Positions 57,201 through 64,000 of a stretch of 64,000 bases of DNA are shown here, in pieces. The notes under the pieces were generated by a model that did no database searches, was not told the origin of the DNA, and saw nothing but the letters and a program-made list of their open reading frames with translations. This DNA is from Piromyces finnis finn (lineage: Eukaryota; Fungi; Neocallimastigomycota): contig MCFH01000051.1 of assembly GCA_002104945.1 (NCBI GenBank), forward strand, positions 310,001 to 374,000. Reading direction: 5' to 3'. Within the stretch, counting starts at the first letter, position 1, and each line of letters begins with the position of its first letter. The position numbers and the translations under genes are program-made.

Positions 57201-59910
57201 TATTAACAGTTCTTTCATAGAGAGTAGTTATATTTTCTATATCCCCAAATGACAATATTTGAAATCTATCTTGTAATAAATTCCTATTTTTATCGATTTC
57301 TTTTTCATAGAGATTATACATTGATTCTATTTGATTCATACAAAATTCTAAATTTCTCAATTTTTTAATAATATTATTAACAACTTCTCTAGTTTTCTTA
57401 ATATAAGAAACATTTATAAAATTCTTATTATCTTTTTGTAAATCATTTAATTTAATAATATTTTGTAACAATTCTAATTCATCAGTTAAACCAACATTAA
57501 AAACATCTTCCTCTTTAATTACTTTGCTTTCTAACTTTTCTATAATTTTTATTTTAATCTTTTCTGATTTAGTTTGTTTCAAAGTTTCTATTACCTTATT
57601 ATCGGACATATCATTGATATTTATAATCAACTTTTCACATAAGCTTTCACTTATATCATCTGAAAAGTTATCTATAATAAATAAAAATAAATGATTTACT
57701 TCACGTTCATTTAAAACATTTTTAGTATTTTTTATAATACTTTTAGCACAATAATCCCTATTATCAGAAACTAATTTATATAAAGTATATATAATAATTT
57801 CAATCTCACAGAATTCCATACCATTTCTTTCCAAATCTTTCCCAAAAATATCTACTAGATTTTTAATGATATCTTCACTTTGTCTTGGAATTGATTCAAT
57901 ATTAAAAATTTTATATAATTTTGTTAAATGATTGTACGTTTTAGCATTCTTTACTAAAGATGAAATAAAAACATTATAATTTTTATTAAATTGTTTTTTA
58001 TAATCATATGGATCATTAATATTGCCAATAAATTTTTTACAGAAATCTTCATTAATTTCATCTAAATTAATAAATTTTATAAGAGAAGCAATTCTGGGAT
58101 CACTCTTATGTTCTTTATATGATACTTTAACATCTTCTTGTAAATAATTAAGTATTTCTATATTATTCCATTTATGTTTTTCAATTAATGATTTTCCTAA
58201 ATCATGAAGTGCATTATATACTTTTTCTAAAATCTTTTTAAATAATGGAATATTCGTATCGTCATATTTTAATATAATATTTTTTAATTCATTTAATTTA
58301 TTATAATCTTCCTCCTTTGTTTTCAATACATTAATTAGCATTAAAAATTTTCTTTCGATAGTATCATAGTCACTCTTTTCCAGTTGTACATTCATTTCAA
58401 TTAATTCATTAATAAACGATTCTAATAATTTAATATTAGTTTTACCATCTAATTCTGGTATTTTATCGAATTTTATTTTTACACACTTATTTATAATATC
58501 CTTTTTTACAGAACAGAAGAACGAAATATATTCATTACTATTAGAAGCTAAGATCAATACATCATTTATTGAGGTTTCTTCTTTATTAGCTTTTTCATAG
58601 ATCATTTTTAAATTTTCACATTTTAAATTCGAAAATATATTTTTATTCTTTCTAATAAAATTCAAAATTTCTTTCTTCTTTTGTATTTTAACGTAAATGT
58701 CATTAAAATTCTTTATATGATAAATTTGATTATATATTAATAAAAAGAAGAGTATGTTTTCGCGATTAATATCATCACTATTATATAAATCGAATTTATC
58801 TATAATCTTTTTATAAGGATTTATATTTATATTTATATCTTTTCTTATTCTAATTTCATTTTTTTTTATCAAACTTGATAAAATATTATTTAATAATTCT
58901 TTTACTTCTTTTGATAAATTATTAATAGAGATTTCATTATATAATAAAGTTTCAATATAAATTAATACATATTCAAAATCTATTTTTTTCTGATCAATAA
59001 TGGTAGCTTTACTTTCTTCCAATAAATATAGAACTAAAAGATCCAATTTTTCTCTAATCAAATACTCTTTATAAATAATAAATTTCTGCATATTTGAAAG
59101 ACCATACTTATTTATTATAAAATTCTTGGATTCATTATTATTCTTAAATTTATTACACATTTTTTTATTATTCCTTTATTTTATCAATAACTATATAAGA
59201 CATTGAATAAACAAATTTTTGTTGATACCTTTTTATACTTATACTTGACTTTGATTGGAATATTTCTTTATTATAGTCAAACTCAATTTTAATCCAATCT
59301 TCATCATTTTCCAATTCAATATTTGCTATAAATAAAAAAATACTTTTATCTTTAAAAGAATTATTAAATTCATCAACCTTCAATATCGATTCACTTTTAT
59401 TTCTCATAATTTTATTATTTTTAGACGAAATTAGTACCAAATCTTGTTTCAAAATTTTAATATTATTTTTTGATTTTTCTGATATAATATTAAAATTATT
59501 AAATTTCAAATCTTCGGAGCCAGAAATAACTAAATATATTGTTGTGTTTTGAATATCTTTTTCTTTCTCTTTTCTTATATCTTCTTCTTCGTCTCCACTT
59601 GATTTTTCTACATGATTTTCACCATTATTTGAAAATTGATTATCAAGATTACCTGATTTAGTATAATCCTTATCAATATTATGTATCTGATCATTATCTT
59701 GATAATATGAAGAACTTCCATTTTGAGATGTCAAATCAGAATTGTTAGAGTTATTACTATAACCGTTAATGAATCTCGAATTATAGCATGTTCGCTCGTC
59801 TAAATAGCTGTTTTCACTTTCACTTGAATTTCTCCCCAAATATCATCTTCACTATCGCTTACATCTATAATGTCATATATGTTATTGTCACTATATTTGC
59901 CATAATCCAT
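45282..59910 (-). CDS. Giant RNF213/mysterin-like AAA+ ATPase with RZ zinc finger (~4876 aa after correcting four 1-nt homopolymer frameshifts; as written the gene is broken)
   Basis: SSISGLGKST, GETGCGKT (53679-53702) with IFFDEINT, and GKPGCSKS (52698-52721) with YFDEMGLAE occur in RNF213 order and spacing. RZ finger at 47496-47600. ATG at 59910; ORF pieces 59839, 59160, 56161 and 55646 join by +1/-1/+1/+1 nt changes. Confidence 0.85.
47496..47600 (-). other. RZ-type zinc finger (RNF213/ZNFX1 family) coding segment
   Basis: YICSCGKSYYIDNCTQPNSTSNCSFCKKIIGGTNH aligns without gaps to human RNF213 CPNGHPCSVGECGRPMEQSICIDCHAPIGGIDH (recalled). Confidence 0.85.
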
Positions 59911-60386
59911 TTTCAATTATTTTTTTTTATTTTATATAATGCTATAATGTTATAGTCTTTTAATTTTCATTGATTTAATAATAAAAAATTATTTATTTAA
60001 ATGCATTTATATTCACTAATAAATCAATAAATAAAAAAGAATAAGAAAAGAGAAAAAAGTTTAGAAATATTAAATAGTTATGTATTTTTCAAATGACTGC
60101 TTTTTTTATTAATAATTTGGACATATAAATATAACTTTTTGATTTTCATAAACATACAAATAATATATTTAAAATAAATTGTATTATATATAACAGGTTC
60201 AAATAAATGCATTGTTGGTCTTTATATTTTATTTATCAAGACCTATGAATATATTAACTCAAAATTCAAAATGACCATTTATTTCAGAATTTTATTGGAT
60301 GTAAAAATGAAATTTTAATTTTTCAATTGAAAAAAAGATATAAATATTGGACATAATATATCTTATTAAGCATATTATATAAAATA

Positions 60387-60573
<187 letters not shown>

Positions 60574-61293
60574 TTATTAGAGATAGTTATTTTTTATTTA
60601 CTTTATTTTATATTTTATATGGTCACATGGCCGTATATATGATATGGGTTGATTTTATGTTAATTTTATGTTATTTTATGTTAATTTTATGTAGAAAGAA
60701 TTTAACACGTGTATATCTTATTTTTATGTATTAAATTACCATTTTTATAATTATTTCTAAACTTAAAATGTGGTACATGCATTTTTTTTTTTTTTTTTTT
60801 TGGTTTTACCACATTTATATGGTTAAGCAAAAAAATTTTTAAAAAAATTTTATACTTGATCATTTTATAATTTTTTATCAAAAAAAAAAACTTTAAATGT
60901 ATATTACACATTTTCTAATTATAATAATTATTACATTATAGCTAAGAAAAAAAAAAGTATATAAATAATGAAAATTTCTTTCAAAATATTTTAAAATACA
61001 TCAAATTATTAGTTTATTTGCTTATTTATATTTTATTATAAATAAACAATAAAAAAACAATTCTTTCTTATATTTTTTATCACTTTTAAAAAGGTTTTAA
61101 TTATTTTAAAATTATTCAAATAATTTTTGGTTTCATTTTAAATAAAAAGAAATCAAATAAATTTTATATTCTAATATAACTTAAAATAAAAAAAAAAATC
61201 ATTTTGTTAATCCTATTTTGATTTTGATTTTGATTTTGATTTATATTTCGATTTTAATTTTGATTTTAATTTTGATTTTTGAAAATAATTAAA

Positions 61294-62808
61294 ATGATGG
61301 CTACTATCGCTACTATCGATAATAATAATCTTTCATACACCGAAAATGGTGCTATTGGTTACAAAACTTCTGGAAAAGATTTATTGGATATTAATTTTGC
61401 TATCTCTTCCATGAGAAATATGGATGAAAGTCAAATCATAGAAAAATATATTAAGGCTTTTAATGAAGAAAATATGTTAGCTGTTAAATGGTTGTTTTAT
61501 GCTAGAGATTGTAGAAGCGGTGTTGGTGAAAGAAGACTTTTCAGAATTTGTTTAGATTATTTAGAAAAAAATCATCCAGAAATTGTTCGTGCTTTATTAA
61601 GTTTGATTCCTGAATATGGTCGTTGGGATGATTTATTTGCTTTATTAAAAGGTCAATTAAAATCTGAAGTTTTCAAAGTTATCAAGGATCAACTCGAAGA
61701 AGATAAAAAGAATATGAGTGAAAACAAACCTATTTCACTTTGCGCTAAATGGATGCCTTCCATAAATACCTCTTCAAAAACAACTAGACAATTGGCAAGA
61801 TTACTAATTAATGAATTTAAATATAATGATAAGAAATATAGAAAGATGCTTTCTCAAATGAGATCATTCTTAAAGGTAGTGGAAGTTTCAATGAGCGCAA
61901 AGAAATGGAGTGAAATCAATTATTCTGCTGTTCCTTCAAGAGCAAATCTCATTTATAATAAGGCTTTCCTCAAAAACGATACTATAAGAAGAAAAGAATT
62001 CCTCGAAAAGTTGAAAAAGGGTGAAACTAAAATTAATTCTCAAGTCTTATTCCCTCATGACATTGTAAATAAGTATGGTTCATCTAACAACGTAGATGAT
62101 ACTTTGGAAGAACTATGGAAAGGATTACCGGATTATGTAAATGGAAATGGAAACACTATTTGTGTTGCTGATAGTTCCGGTAGTATGTGCTGCAATGCTT
62201 CTCCAAACTCATCAGTAACTTGTATGCAAGTTGCATTCTCATTAGCTGTATACTTTGCTGAAAGAAGTTCTGGAAGATATAAAGACAAATATATTACTTT
62301 TAGTTCAAGTCCTAGTCTTGTTGATCTCAGTGGTGCAAATACCTTGAAAGATAAATTAAGAATTATTAATAATCATTGTTATTGTAGTAATACTAATTTG
62401 GAAGCTGTTTTCAATTTGATTTTAGATTTTGCTGTTGATAATCAATTACCTCAAGAAGAACTTCCTTCTAACATTCTTATTCTTTCAGATATGGAATTTG
62501 ATTCAATGGTTGATTTTGGCAGCTATCAACGTAGTCAACGAGAAGCTTTCTTCTCAATAATGAAAAGAAAATTCAAAAGCAAAGGATATTTAATTCCAAG
62601 ATTAGTTTTTTGGAATATCAATAGTCGAACTGGAACTATCCCGGTTAAAGAAAATGAATTAGGGGTAGCATTAGTTAGTGGATTCAGTCCAGCAATCATA
62701 AAAATGGTTCTCAGTAATAAGACCGATCCATTTGAATGTCTCTTAGAACAACTTAATTCCGAAAGATATCAACCAATTGAAGATGCCTTAAAAGATTTAA
62801 TAAAATAA
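61294..62808 (+). CDS. DUF2828 family protein (TROVE-like helical domain plus vWA domain)
   Basis: YTENGA, WLFYARDCRSGVGERRLF, YGRWDDL, SLCAKWMP, YSAVPSRA; MIDAS DSSGS, TNLEAVF, ILSDMEFD; PRLVFWN, LVSGFSP. Intronless; first ATG at 61294. Confidence 0.9.
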   Translation: MMATIATIDNNNLSYTENGAIGYKTSGKDLLDINFAISSMRNMDESQIIEKYIKAFNEENMLAVKWLFYARDCRSGVGERRLFRICLDYLEKNHPEIVRALLSLIPEYGRWDDLFALLKGQLKSEVFKVIKDQLEEDKKNMSENKPISLCAKWMPSINTSSKTTRQLARLLINEFKYNDKKYRKMLSQMRSFLKVVEVSMSAKKWSEINYSAVPSRANLIYNKAFLKNDTIRRKEFLEKLKKGETKINSQVLFPHDIVNKYGSSNNVDDTLEELWKGLPDYVNGNGNTICVADSSGSMCCNASPNSSVTCMQVAFSLAVYFAERSSGRYKDKYITFSSSPSLVDLSGANTLKDKLRIINNHCYCSNTNLEAVFNLILDFAVDNQLPQEELPSNILILSDMEFDSMVDFGSYQRSQREAFFSIMKRKFKSKGYLIPRLVFWNINSRTGTIPVKENELGVALVSGFSPAIIKMVLSNKTDPFECLLEQLNSERYQPIEDALKDLIK

Positions 62809-63519
62809 ATCTTTTTTTATTTTTATTTTATTTTATTTATATTATTTTATATTTAAATTATTATTAAATGTATTTTATATAGTATATATCTAGTTTTTTT
62901 TTTTAAAAATCTATAAATTACTTTACTTTCATGTATATATTTGTATTATTTTTTTATCATTATTCATTAATCCACTTATATGTATCATAATTACTTTTAT
63001 TTTTAAATTAATATAACAACAAGGCGAATAATAAAAAAAATACTATCTTTAAAAAAATTTAATTAGTTATTAGGTATATTATTTTTTTCTTAGTGTTGAT
63101 GAATATTTTTTTTATATATAATTTTATGGAAAAATTCTTATTTTAAAGTAATTATTAAATATTTATTGTATTGTTAATTAAAATTAAATAATAAATATAT
63201 GTTGTATGTTGCTATTCATAAACTAATTTAGAATATATAAAGTAACAGAAAGATATATAATAAAATTATTTGGAAAAGATATTTATTAAAATATTATATC
63301 CAATCTTAAAATATTACTTATTACCAAAGTCTAAAAAAAAAACTTGAAATATTAAAATATCTTTTTATAGTAAAAGATTAATATGAATTGTTAGTACGTG
63401 CATAGTTATATCATTTACACCCTTTATGCCCTAATTTCAAAAGATTTGAATGTTCTATAATTATATCAGAAAAATAGAAATATTTCAAAAATTTTGATAG
63501 TCTCTATTTACTATGATTT

Positions 63520-63809
63520 CCCTCTTGGGAACGTGCCTTCATTTATTTAATAAATGTAGTTTCTCAAGGGGGTCTACTCATGCTCATGGTACTGAGAGAG
63601 TAGAAAGAATTAAATCCAAGTATTGCGCAATGGATGCTTGGTGCCCTCTTAGGAATGTGCCTTCATTTATTTAATAAATGTAATTTCTCAAGGGGGTCTA
63701 CTCATGCTCATGGTACTGAGAGAGTAGAAAGAATTAAATCCAAGCATTGCGCAATGGATGCTTGGTTAGTCTTCAAGGGAAAATTATTAGGACTAAGCTC
63801 ATGGTACTG
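63520..63809. repeat. Tandem 123-bp GC-richer structured repeat (two copies, period 124) plus a 13-nt partial third copy
   Basis: 63520-63642 and 63644-63766 differ at 4 positions; GCTCATGGTACTG recurs at 63797-63809. Confidence 0.9.
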
Positions 63810-64000
63810 TGCGATTAAAAAACATTTTATTCATCAAATTTAAGTATTTGATGAATAAGTGAATGTTTGATTTTCAGGTAAGTTTGTATAGTATTTAATT
63901 AGAAGAGTAATACATTTTGTTGCTGTATTTTTTCTTTTATTCATGTATTCATGTAGTACTACTCTTCTCTTGTAAGAATCCAATGTAGTCAACTTTAGCA

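Noticed and set aside
63520-63843. Hammerhead ribozyme, Y RNA, CRISPR array, or the 69-aa ORF 63634..63843
   Set aside because: CTGAGAG does not fit the CUGANGA core with a proper GAAA/stem II. There is no Y RNA GGUCCGA/UUGAC helix. The units are contiguous without spacers and no cas genes are present. The ORF is just a translation of the repeat.

Overview
This is very AT-rich eukaryotic DNA with spliceosomal introns. The gene content (CotH kinase, 7TM-RGS, intronless bacterial-type genes, Asn/Lys-biased coding) points to an anaerobic gut fungus (Neocallimastigomycota); this is an inference. In order, the window holds: (1) the 5' part of a Pro/His/Cys repeat protein; (2) a ~1.4 kb unit in which two copies of a TIR-bearing mini-element flank an intronless, secreted, Cys-rich preprotoxin-like gene; (3) an intact Ty1/copia element with identical LTRs, a PBS matching the tRNA-Lys(CUU) anticodon arm, and a 136-bp flanking duplication instead of a 5-bp TSD; (4) a tRNA-Ala-derived SINE with poly(A) tail and TSD; (5) a kinesin with degenerate switch motifs; (6) an intron-rich DNA polymerase lambda gene with a very long N-terminal extension; (7) a CotH pseudogene; (8) a DUF2798-like membrane protein; (9) a 7TM-RGS gene; (10) a ~14.6 kb intronless RNF213/mysterin-like AAA+ gene with an RZ finger, split by four homopolymer frameshifts; (11) a divergently transcribed DUF2828 (TROVE/vWA-like) gene; and (12) a tandemly duplicated, strongly base-paired 123-nt element. 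All family assignments come from motif recognition by eye and recalled consensus sequences; no database searches were run.
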